A stretch of DNA of 64,000 nucleotides. It comes from Mobula hypostoma. Taxonomy: Eukaryota. Below the pieces are notes generated by a model. It ran no database searches. It was not told the DNA's origin and saw only the letters and a program-made list of their open reading frames with translations. Made by a program: the position numbers and the translations under genes. Where the stretch lies: assembly GCF_963921235.1 (NCBI RefSeq), contig NC_086108.1, positions 5,952,001 through 6,016,000 on the forward strand. Direction: 5' to 3'. Below, piece by piece: positions 39,720 to 51,202 of this stretch. Positions within the stretch are counted from its first letter, which is position 1. Each line of letters starts with the position of its first letter.

Positions 39720-41555
39720 ACTATTGTATACAATTGAAGATATAATACAATTGATGCAACAAAAACAGAACATCAAACCAAGAGACAGCGAAGAATACAA
39801 ACAACTTGATAAGACAATAAAAAGAAAATGCAGAGAAGCTAAAGACAGATGACTAAATGAGAAATGCTCAGAGATAGAAATGCTACAAACCCATAACTCT
39901 GGAACAAAGTTGATGCACAGTAAGATTAAGGAACTAATGGGAAAATTACCTTGCTCAAGACGGCAGCTTAATTATGAGCAAAGAGGAAATCCTAAACAGA
40001 TGGACAGAATATATAAAAGAACTTTTTGAAGACCAAAGAGGAGAAAAAACGAACATAAAGAAGAATCCTGAAGGACCTAGCATTCTAAAATCAGAAACTC
40101 GAGCAGCCATAAATAAAACAAAACATAACAGAGCAACTGGTCCAGACAACATCGCTGTTGAAATGCTACTGGCCTTAGAAGATTTTGGAATAGAGAAAAT
40201 AACAGAAATAGCAAATGAAATCTATGATCATGGGGAGATACCAGCTGATTTAAGTAAATCAGTGTTCATCACACTTCCAAAGAAAGAGAGAGCAACAGAA
40301 TGTGAGTTACATCGTACAATAAGCCTGATGAGCCACGTGACAAAAATTATTCTCAGAGTAATCATAATGAAAGCAAGACGCTGTATAAAACCAGAAATCA
40401 GTAAAGAACAATGCGGCTTTGTGGAAAACACTGGAACCAGAAATGCGATTTTCCTGGTATGGATGATCTGTGAACGAGCCATCCAGGTACAAAATGACAT
40501 CTACCTATGTTTCATCGACTATAAAAAAGCTTTTGACACTGTCAGATGACAAGATCTTCTGGAAATGTTTCAAAATTTTGACATAGATGGGAAAGATATA
40601 CGTTTCTTAAGAAACTTATACTGGGACCAGACAGCATCCATCAGAATAGAAGAAGTGAGTGAGTATGTGAATATCATGAGAGGAGTCAGGCAAGGTTGTG
40701 TCTTTTCGCCAGACTTTTTCAACCTGTATAGTGAAAATATCTTGAGAAGTATCAAAGACATCAAAGGATTCACAACTGGAGGCCATAATATAAATAACAT
40801 CAGATATGCTGACGACATCATACTAATAGCTGACTCAGAAACAAAACTCCAAGAACTACTCACTATAGTGGCAGCAGAAAGTAATCGCAGAGGCCTCTCA
40901 ATCAACACCAAGAAGACAGAAAGCATGGTCATCTCCAGAAAGACAAACATCCCACAATGTGTGATCAAGATCGGAAATACAAACATCAAACAAGTCAACA
41001 AATTCAGATATCTTGGCAGCATAACAACAAGTGATGGCAGGTGCGACAGAGATATCAAATACAGAATAGCAATGGCGAAAGAACAGACAGAACGATGAGC
41101 ACGTAAACTAAAAACAGAATACTGCAGTGTTACATTTATTCTATCCTGACTTATGGAAGTGAATGCTGGACCATTTCTCCAGCAATGGAAAAGAGATTAG
41201 AAGCAGCTGAATTATGGTTCTACAGGAGAATGTTAAAAATATCATGGACCACACACACATCAAATGAAGAAGTTCTCAGAAGAGCCCAAGCAGTTCGATC
41301 ACTCATACCAACAATAAGAGAAAGACAACTCAGATTCCTAGGACACATCATGCGGAAAGATGAACTAGAAAAACTCATACTTTCTGGAAAGATTGAGAGG
41401 AGCAAACCTAGACTTTGGCTTATGTACATCAAAAGCCTAGCCAGGTGGCTACATATCCATGAAATGGAAGTCATCCAAAGAATGAGGGATAGATCTATAT
41501 GGAAAACCATGGTCACCAACATCCACATCGGATATGGTACCTAGACAGACAGACA
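39720..41555 (+). mobile_element. RTE-clade LINE, 5'-truncated RT with stops
   Basis: GPDNI..RTISLMSH..QCGF..FIDYKKAFD..GVRQGCVFSP..RYADD..YGSECWT..FLGHIMR; very short 3'UTR with (agac)n tail. Confidence 0.92.
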
Positions 41556-41591
41556 TACATATATTATATACATACGTGTTTCTATATATGT

Positions 41592-42478
41592 GAATTAGGG
41601 GGAAAACCCTCCGCTGGTTGGAATCATACCTGACACAAAGGAAGATGGTTGTGGTGGTTGGAGGTCAATCATCTCATGCTCAGGACATCACTGCAGGAGT
41701 TCCTCAGGGAAGTGTCCTAGGACCAACCATCTTCAGCAGCTTCATCAATGACCTTCCTTCCGCCACAAGTTGAGAAGTGGGGATATTCTCAGATGACCGC
41801 ACGATGTTCTACACCATTCGTGACTCCTCAGATAGTGAAGCAGTTCATACCCAAATGCAGCAGGACCAGGACAATATCCAGGCACGGGCTGACAAGTGGC
41901 AAGTAACATTCAAGCCACGGAAGTGCCAGGCAATGACCATCTCCAACAAGAGAGGCTCTAACCATCGTCCCCTTGACATTCAGTGGCATCACCATCACTG
42001 AACCCCCTACTATCAACATCCTGGGGGGGTCACCATTGACAGGAAATGGTACTAAAGCAGATTAAATGAATCCTGTGGCGCTTAACTCACTTCCTGACTC
42101 TTCAAAGCCTGTCCACCATCTACAAGGCTCAGGTTGGGAGTGTAATGGAATACCTGCCACTCGCCTGGATGAGTGCAGCTCCATCAACACTCAAGCAGCT
42201 TGACACCATCCGGTACAAGGCAGCCCACTCGATTGGTACCCCTTCCACAAGCATCCAATCCCCCCACCATTGACCCTCCAAACCACTCACCATCCTGCCT
42301 TGGAAACATATCGCCGTTCCTTCATTGCTGCTGGGTGAAGATCATGGAATTCCCTCCCTAAAAGCACTCGAGGTATCTACACCTCGGGGACTGCAGCTCA
42401 TCACCACCTTCTCAAGGGCAACTATGGATAGGCAATAAACACTGGCTTAGCTGGCGATGCCCACATCCTTTAAATGAA
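41592..42478 (+). mobile_element. Degraded CR1/L2-clade LINE RT and 3' end
   Basis: gcaggagttcctcagggaagtgtcctaggacca (GVPQGSVLGP); tail ggcaataaac...gcccacatcc. Confidence 0.75.
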
Positions 42479-42511
42479 ATGTACATATATGTGTCTGTGT
42501 GTGATATAGTG

Positions 42512-42816
42512 TTGGCGCGTGGCCAAGTGGTTAAGGTGTTCGCCTAATGATTTGAAGGTCGCTAGTTCGAGCCTTGGCCGAGGCAGCGTGTGTGTCCTTG
42601 AGCAAGGCACTTAACCACACATTGCTCTGCGACAACACTGGGGACAAGCTGTATGAGTCCTAACGCCCTTCCCTTGGACAACATTGGTGTCGTGGAGAGG
42701 AGGAGACTTGCAGCATGGGCAACTGCCAGTCTTCCATACAACCTTGCCCAGGCTTGCACCCTGGAAACCTTGCAAGGTGCAAATCCATGGTCTCATGAGA
42801 CTAACGGATGCCTATA
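42512..42816 (+). mobile_element. tRNA-derived SINE
   Basis: A box TGGCCAAGTGG, B box GTTCGAGCC, then gtccttgagcaaggcacttaac; its tail recurs in reverse at ~29257-29292. Confidence 0.8.
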
Positions 42817-42965
42817 AGAAAGTGTGTGATATACAAATACATATATTTACTGTGATTCAGTTTTTTCTCTGTTATTATGTATTGCATTGTACTGCTGCAT
42901 CAAAGTCAACATTCACGACATTTGCCAGTGATATTAAACCCGATTCGAATTCTGATTCTGACGTA

Positions 42966-43020
42966 CACTCAATGGCCACTTTATTAGGTACAGGAGATGC
43001 CTAATAAAGTGGCTACTGTG
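42966..43020. mobile_element. 55-bp Tc1-derived palindromic MITE
   Basis: TA|cactcaatggccactttattagg...cctaataaagtggctactgtg|TA. Confidence 0.8.
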
Positions 43021-43347
43021 TATAATAATCTATAGTATTAAGTTGAACTGTTAATTCAGCCACGTACAGTCTCAAGCCCCACTGCTTGGGGCTAGCAACC
43101 CCATCTGAGAAAACGCAGAGCTACAGAAAAGGAAACAAGCTTCAAAGACGTCACCCTTGCCAGAGGAAGGATGTTCACCTATATGGGCTACACCTGGGGA
43201 CAACTTGAAAGTCCGTCCCTGGACAGAGGACTCATGTGCTGCTGTCAGCACATGACCCAGTAAGGGAGATGGGCTTACGTAAGTAGGAACATAGAAGATG
43301 TTCAGTGAAATGAAAGAATTATAGGAAGTGTATCCAAAGCAATATGA

Positions 43348-43547
43348 CACGAGGAAATCTGCAGATGCTGGAGATTCAAGCAACACACACAAAAAATGCT
43401 GGTGGAACGCAGCAGGCCAGGAAGATGTACAGTCGATGTTTTGGGCTGGGGCCCCTTGTTGTCCCAGCCCGAAACGTCGACTCTACATCTTCCTATAGAT
43501 ACTACCTGGCCTGCTGCGTTCCACCAGCATTTTTTGTGTGTGTGTTG
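43348..43547. mobile_element. Penelope-like fold-back insertion
   Basis: Long inverted arms; 14-bp TSD ccaaagcaatatga (43334-43347, 43548-43561). Confidence 0.8.
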
Positions 43548-44084
43548 CCAAAGCAATATGATATTGGTAGCTCGAGAAAGCAGACATTTCTGACTTACAG
43601 AAAAATTGGTTTATGGACGGTTCTCAGGAATAGAAGCCTTGCAGAACCGGTGTTGTAAATTTTCTTTAAGAAATGTATCATTCTGTTCAGGCAACAATAC
43701 TGCTTGGATTTCCAGCATCTGCAGATTTTCTCTTGTTTCTGTACAGGGAGATTTAGTTTATAATCAAGGAGCTTAGTGCCCTCTGCTGTCTGGATAATTC
43801 AAAAGGTTCCTGCGTTCAAACCTATTGTGTCTTGATGAAGAGTTGCAGCACAAAACGTCAACTGTTGCTTCCTTTCTATAGGCGCTGCCTATCCTGCTGT
43901 GTTCCTCCAGAATGTTGTGTCCATTACTCTGCATTCGGAAAGCTTCTCACACCAAAAACACACGTGTAATACAGTAACCAACCCAGGTACGTCGCAGAAA
44001 GGGAAATAAATACCATGCAGGGAAAAGTGACTGGATAATTAAATGAATGCAAAGAGGTTAAAAAAAACTCAAACTGAACTGAGA

Positions 44085-44833
44085 TAATTCAAAGTTCTGA
44101 GATGCAACGGGACTTAGGAGTCCTCGTGCAGGATACCCTTAAGGTTAACCTCCAGGTTGAGTCGGTGGTGAAGAAGGTGAATGCAATGTTGGCATTCATT
44201 TCGAGAGGAATAGAGTATAGGAACAGGGATGTGATGTTGAGGCTCTATAAGGCACTGGTAAGACCTCACTTGGAGTACTGTGTGCAGTTTTGGGTTCCTT
44301 ATTTAAGAAAGGATTTGCTGACTTTGGAGTGGGTTCACAGAAGATTCACTAGAATGATTCCGGGAATGAGAGGGTTAACATATGAGGAACATTTGACCGC
44401 TCTTGGACTGTACTCCTTGGAGCTTAGAAGAATGAGGGGGGACCTCATAGAAACATTTCGAATGTTGAAAGGCATGGACAGAGTGGATGTGGCAAAGTTG
44501 TTTCCCATGGTGGGGGAGTCCAGTATGAGAGGGCATGACTTAAGGATTGAAGGGTGCCCATTCAGAACAGAGATGCGAAGAAATTTTTTTAGTCAGAGGG
44601 TGGTGAATCCGTGGAATTTGTTGCCACGGGCGGCAGTGGAGGTCAAGTCATTGGGTATATTTAAGACAGAGATTGATAGGTATCTGAGTAGCCAGGGCAT
44701 CAAAGGTTATGGTGAGAAGGCGGCGGAGTGGGACCAAACGGGAGAATGGATCAACTCATGATAAAATGGCGGAGCAGACTCGATGGGCCGAATGGCTGAC
44801 TTCTGCTCCTTTGTCTTATGGTCCTATGGTCTA
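44085..44833 (+). mobile_element. CR1 3' fragment
   Basis: ORF 44102-44761 is a CR1 ORF2 C-terminus; 3'UTR and tail. Confidence 0.92.
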
Positions 44834-45745
44834 AGATGAGCAACAATAGTGCTCCCCTTCTCCCTTTCTACCAGACATGGCAAAGTATGTTCATCTGTTT
44901 AAAGGTGCTGTACCTGCATCCCTGAGATCTCAGTCCAACGAGTCCTTCAGAAGATCGTGAAATCACTAGTTCATTAAGATGGCTAAGGGGAAAATATAGT
45001 CTGCAGTTTGCAGTGAAAGTAGTTCAGAAGTATATTTAGAAGTTACGTAAGCTGCCAGCAAAACGTCGCCATGTTTCACCAGCGCCATTTTGCCCAGCTC
45101 TATACAAGAGCAACACAACTAGTATTATTGGATTCAATGTCCATTCAGAAATGGAATGACAGAGGGGAAGAAGCTGTTCCTGAATCACTGAGCATGTGCC
45201 TCCCTGATGGTAGCAATGCGGAGGAGGCATGTCCTGAATGATGTGGGTCCTTAATGATGAACGCCATCTGTTTGAGGCATTGCTCTTTGAAGATGCCCTG
45301 GATGCTGGGGAGACCAGTGCTCATGATGGCGCTGACTGAGTTCACAACTTTCTGCAGCTTATTTCAATCCTGTGCAGCAGTTACCCCCGCACCCCACACC
45401 CCCATACCAGACAGTGATGCAGCCAGTTAAGATGCTCTCCTTGGTATATCTGTAGAAAATTGCCAGTCATTAGGCAAAGAAACAGGATCTTTGGCCAACC
45501 AGTCCACTCCAAGCAAGATTCCCATCGAAACCATTTCCATCTGACCTCTTTTGACCAGTGTCCGTTTAAACCATTCCTATCCATATACCTGTCGAAATAG
45601 CTTTTAAATATTATTACTAAATCTGCCTCAACCATCTCTCCTGGCAGCTTATTGTATATATAGACCACCCTCTGGCAGAGGAAGCTGTCCCCCAGGTTCA
45701 TATTAAATCTCTCCCTCACACCTTAAACCTATACCCTCTAGTTCT

Positions 45746-45860
45746 CAGATGAAGGGTCTCAACCCGAAACGTTGTCTGTCCATTTCTCTCCATATTTGAT
45801 GCCTAGTGTGTAGAGTTCCTCAGTACTGTGAGTGTTGCTCCAGACTCCAGCAACTTCTGC
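45746..45860 (+). mobile_element. Penelope-like terminal-repeat fragment with decayed hammerhead core
   Basis: CAGATGA-AGGGTCTCAACCC-GAAAC-GTT. Confidence 0.6.
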
Positions 45861-45980
45861 CACCTGATTCTCCCACCCTGTCAAATAAAACTGGGCACAT
45901 CCATCATATCTGTGCCCCTCGTGATCTTGTTTAGATATACAGCACGAAACAGGCCCTTCCAACACAAGGTGCCATGCTGC

Positions 45981-46184
45981 CCAGCAACCCACCTGGGTAA
46001 CAGCCTTACCCCCAGGCTGTGAGACCTCTGAACTCCCTGCTACCAGCAACCCACCTGGGTAACAGCCTCTCCACCCCCACCCCCAGGCTGTGAGACCTCT
46101 GAACCCCCTGCTACCAGCAACCCACCTGGGTAACAGCCTCTCACCCCCCACCCCCAGGCTGTGAGACCTCTGAACCCCCTGCTA
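45981..46184. repeat. Tandem repeat, 3 units (62, 71, 71 bp)
   Basis: Unit ccagcaacccacctgggtaacagcct...ccaggctgtgagacctctgaaccccctgcta starts at 45981, 46043 and 46114. Confidence 0.92.
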
Positions 46185-46625
46185 TCACCCACTACACATC
46201 ACTTATGACAATGCCAGTATCAGTCATACTGGTGTGCATTTAACTGCATGTTGTATATGCACTTTATGGCCACTTGTAAATCTATAGAATACATTTTTTG
46301 TCAGTTCAAAATTCAGAGTAAATGGGATTAGCATAGATATCACCACATATAACCCTAAGATTCATTTAATTATGGGCATGCTCAATAAATCTATAGAATA
46401 GTAACTATAACAGGATCAATGAAAGATCAACCAGAGTGCAGAAGACAACAAGTTGTGCATATGCAACTATAAATAAATAGCAATAAATATCGAGATCATG
46501 GGGTAATGAGATAAAGAGTCCTTAAAATGAGATTGTTGGTTGTGGAACATTCCAGTGATGGGGCAAGTGTGTGAAGTTATCCCCTTTTATTCAAGAGCCT
46601 GATGATTAACTGTTCTTGAACCTGA

Positions 46626-46903
46626 TGTGTCATTAACTTCAAACTTTCTACATAGTCACTAAAACCATTGAACTGCATGTGCATGTAACGAGAGCTGTAT
46701 AACTCATCTCCTTCTACCTTAGGCCACAAACTTATCAATTACCCCTGCTGTGGACACTTTCTTGAGGTCCAAGATCCGTATGCTCCACGACCGCTGGACT
46801 AAGTGTGTAAATGTAGGAGGGGACTATGTTGAAAAATAAATGTGCTAGACTTTCTAAAATTGACTCCTTCTACCTTAGGCCACGAACTTATCAATCACAC
46901 CTT
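46626..46903 (+). mobile_element. Mariner-like non-autonomous remnant
   Basis: 46774-46839 encodes IRMLHDRWTKCVNVGGDYVEK* (mariner C-terminus); TIR-like tccttctaccttaggccac.aacttatcaat present twice. Confidence 0.75.
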
Positions 46904-47649
46904 TGATATGAATATATATTGCCAAGGTGCCTAAGACTTTTGCTCACTTCTGTATTTGTCAACATGGAGCAGAGAGCGAATTTGTAAATCTGGCAAGAGC
47001 AAAAGATGGTGGGAATGGCGAGGGTGGAGCACCATCAGAGGGGTGTGCGACAGGTGGCAGAGAAGGAGTGCCAGGCGTGGGGAGGAGTGGCGTGGGGGTG
47101 CAGACACCCTCAGCACTGAGACACCAGGCAAGGTCATTTGATTCCAGACAATTGGTTTATTGATCATCGCAGAACATCTCTCTGGTGCTTCCCGCTCCCT
47201 CCCCTCTCCTTGCCCATCTCCCTTCCCTTCTCCCAGCCTGCTTCCCATTCTTAGTCCATGATAGAGATCCAAGTTGGAATCAGACGCATCAATGACCAAC
47301 ATGGTCCCAGGATGGGCTTGGGACAGTCTGTAGGTGTCACTGTGCTTTCAGCACCAACATAGTATTCATACAGCCCACTAACACTAACCTGTACGTCTTT
47401 GGAATGTAGAAGGACACCAGAGCATCTGAAGGAAACCCACATGGTCACTGGGAGCATTTTGATGCATTCAGAAATATTTATTTGAGTCTCTAATCATTTT
47501 CATTATTCTTTGCAAATCAATTTCATTTATGTGCGTTACACGTGAGTATTGTGTTTGAAATTCAAATGTGTTCAAAGTGCTACCCCCTCTCTAATGGTAA
47601 TTATGAGATAGTGTATAATTACTGAAACTTTGCTGTTTGCTCCTTTTAG

Positions 47650-47718
47650 GCTCCAGCAACTGTCTATTACATTCCCAACTTTATCACCATGGCTGAAGAA
47701 AAATATCTGCTGCAGCAG
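47650..47718 (+). CDS. ALKBH6: ALKBH6 (AlkB homolog 6, Fe/2OG dioxygenase) internal coding exon, APATVYYIPNFITMAEEKYLLQQ
   Basis: Acceptor ccttttAG and donor GTatgt; 69 nt, phase 0/0. Peptide matches recalled vertebrate ALKBH6 [23 protein letters not shown]. Confidence 0.93.
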
Positions 47719-48074
47719 GTATGTTACTGCACTTCATCAGAGTCAGTTTTATGATCACTGGTATAAGTTGGAAACTTGTTTTACTACAGCGGTACAGTAC
47801 GGGCAATTATTAAACTGACATTAAACTTCTTCATGATATTTCCCCTGTTATCCAGAGCACAGATTAATTGTTCTATCAAACTGGAGTCTATCTGATAAGG
47901 CAACGTTATCGCACATGGGCTGGCTCGGCCAGAGTCTTCACCTTGTGCAATCGGAACACAGAATCCGAATCAGTCTATTATCACTGATATGTGTCCTGAA
48001 ATTTGTTGTTTTGTGGCTCCAGTACAGAGCTATACATAAATAATTACCATGTTACAATAAAAAATATATAAGAC

Positions 48075-48598
48075 ATTGGAATACTGTGTCCAGTTCTGGT
48101 CACCTCACTATAGGAAGGATGTGGAAGCATTGGAAAGATTACAGAGGAGATTTACCAGGATGCTGCCTGGTTTAGAGAGTATGCATTATGATCAGAGATT
48201 AAGGGAGCTAGGGCTTTACTCTTTGGAGAGAAGGAGGATGAGAGGAGACATGATAGAGGTGTACAAGATAATAAGAGGAATAGATAGAGTGGATAGCCAG
48301 CGCCTCTTCCCCAGGGCACCACTGCTCAATACAAGAGGACATGGCTTTAAGGTAAGGGGTGGGAAGTTCAAGAGGGATATTAGAGGAAGGTTTTTTACTC
48401 AGAGAGTGGTTGGTGCGTGGAATGCACTGCCTGAGTCAGTGGTGGAGGCAGATACACTAGTGAAGTTTAAGAGACTACTAGACAGGTATATGGAGGAATT
48501 TAAGGTGGGGACCTATATGGGAGGCAGGGTTTGAGGGTCGGCACAACATTGTGGGCCGAAGGGCCTGTACTGTGCTGTACTATTCTATGTTCTATGTT
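48075..48598 (+). mobile_element. CR1 3' fragment in an ALKBH6 intron
   Basis: ORF 48076-48534; (ttctatg)n tail. Confidence 0.92.
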
Positions 48599-51202
48599 TT
48601 AAAAATAGTGCATAAAGGGAGTTAAGTAGTGAGGTGATATTGACGGGTTCAGGGACCATTGAAAAACCTGATGCAGGAGGGAAAGATGTTCCTGAAACAT
48701 AGAGTGTGGGTCTTCAAGCTCCTGTATCTCCTCCCTAATGGTAGCAATGAGAAGAGGAGATGTCCCTGGTGGTGATGGTCCTTAATGATGGAAGCTATAT
48801 TTTTGAGGCACCACTTCTGAAGATGTCCTTGATGGTGGGGAGGCTGGTGCCCATGCTGGAGCTGGCCAAATTTTCAATCCTTGCCAGGTATTACTGATCC
48901 TTTACATTGGAGCGTCTAACCCAGATGTTGATGCAACCAGTCAGAATGCTCTCCTTGGTATATCAGATCAGAACAAGAATCCAAATCACAATCACGTCTA
49001 TTATCACTGACACATGTTTTGGCGCAGTAGTAGTATAATGCAAGACATAAAAAATTACTCCTAAGTTTCCATAAGTTCGAGGTCAGCCAAGGTGCGACAA
49101 TTGAAGGAGTGAGTGAGGGCATTGGCTGAGAAGGAGTGGTTGATTTAAAACCCGGTCGAGACCAGCCTGCAAGACAAACGTTCGAGGTCGGTCTAGGTGT
49201 GACAAGCGAAGTGAATTAGTCAAACATCAGCCAATATAATCGTGGTTTGCTCTGGGGAGCGGCCTGTCGGGGAGTGGCCTTGTCGAGGGAAATGCAAGTC
49301 TTTGTCTCAAGAGTCTTCGGCGAGGAGGCTGAGGGAGGAGACTACGCCACAGTTGGAGAGGGTGAGAAGTGGTGAAGAAATGACAGGTCAACTGATTCAG
49401 TGTGCTGCTTGCATGATGTGGGCGGTCAGGGACGTTGATGGTGCCTCTGGCTGCTACAAATGTGGAAAGTGTGTCCAGGTTCAGCTCCTGAAGGACTGTG
49501 TTGAGGCACTGGAGAGGCAACTGGATGACCTCAGGTTCATCCGGGAAACAGAGATTTTTGTGGACGAGATCGTTACACCGAAGATACTGGAAGAGAGAAG
49601 TGGGGGGGGGCGACGATGAGGAAGGGATGGATGCTTGGAGTACAGAAAACCACGGGGGACGTGCCTCTTGAAAACAGGTTCACCCTCTTGGAAGCTGTCG
49701 GGACAGAAGACAGTGCCAGTCTGAGAGGCAGATGGGTCTGCGAGTCAAAAATTGGCGCTGAAATAAAGCTGAGGAGACAGACGTCAGGCAGAGCCGTGGT
49801 AGCAGGGGAATCCATAGTGAGAGGTACAGATAGGGGTTCTGTGGCAACAGGCAGGATTTAAGGATGGTATGTTGCCTCCCTGGTGCCAGGATCCAGGACA
49901 TCACAGACCGATTGCAGGCCACCCTCATGGGAGAAGGTGATCAGCCGGAGGTGGTGGTGCATGTCGGCACAAATGACGTCGGAAAGAAGATGAGAGACAT
50001 TTTGCGGCGTGACTTCAGAGAACTCGGAAGAAGTCTGAAAAGCAGGACCTCCAGGGTGGTTATCTCCGGTTTGCTTCCAGTTCCTTGTGCTGGAGAGGAC
50101 ATGAACAGGGAGACAGGGGATCTGAATGTGTGGCTGAGGAGCTGGTGCAGGAGGCAGGGATTTAGTTTCTTGGACCACTGGGATCTGTTTTGGGGTAAGG
50201 ATGAATTGTACAGAAGGGACGGGTTGCACCTTAACAGATGGGGGACGAGCATTCTGGCGGGCAGGTTAGCCACTGCTACACGGGTGTGTTTAAACTAAGG
50301 AGTGGGGTGGGGGACAAACTGGAAATATAAGAATGGAGTTAAAGGGAATGAGAGAATAAGAAAAGTTAAGAAAGACAACAGAATTAGAGGGGCAGAAAGA
50401 TCAGGAAAGGATAGGAGAGTATGGGCAAGTGCAATAGGAATCGATGTGAAAGGTGAGGGGAGTAAAAGTATTACTTTAAAAGGATTAGAAGTATTATAGT
50501 ATTATATATGAATTCATGGAGTATAAGAAATAAAGTGGATGAGCTTGAGGCTCAGTTGGAAATTGGCAAGTATGATGTTGTGGGAATAACAGAGACATGG
50601 CTGCAAGAGGACCAGGGCTGGGAAATGAATATTCAGGGGTATACATCCTATCAAAAGGACAGACAGGTTGGCAGAGGGGGTGGGGTGGCTCTGTTGGTGA
50701 GGAATGATATTCAGTCACTTGCGAGGGGGGACATAGAATCAGGAGATGTAGAGTCAGTATGGATAGAACTGAGAAACTGCAAGGGCAAAAAGATCCTGAT
50801 GGGACATATCTACAGGCTCCCAAACAGTAGCCTGGATGTAGGGTGCAAGTTAAATCAATAGTTAAAATTGGCATGTCGCAAAGATAGTTCTACGGTTGTT
50901 ATGGGGGATTTCAACATGCAGGTAGACTGGGAAAATCAGGTTGGAAAATCAGGACCCCAAAAAAGGGAGTTTGTGGAATGACTCAGGGGTGGATTCTTAG
51001 AACAGCTTGTATTAGAGCCTACCAGGGAGAAGGCAATTCTGGATTTAGTGTTGTGTAATGAGCCAGATTTGATAAGGGAACTCGAGGTAAAGGAGCCATT
51101 AGGAGGTAGTGACCATAATATGATAAGTTTTAATCTACAATTTTAGAGGGAGAAGCGAAGATTGGAAGTGTCAGTATTACAGTTGAACAAAGGGGACTAT
51201 GG

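Noticed and set aside
42512..42585. tRNA gene
   Set aside because: The A/B boxes continue into a SINE body and tail; this is a SINE head
45981..46184. CRISPR-like array
   Set aside because: Simple head-to-tail repeats with no unique spacers, in eukaryotic DNA
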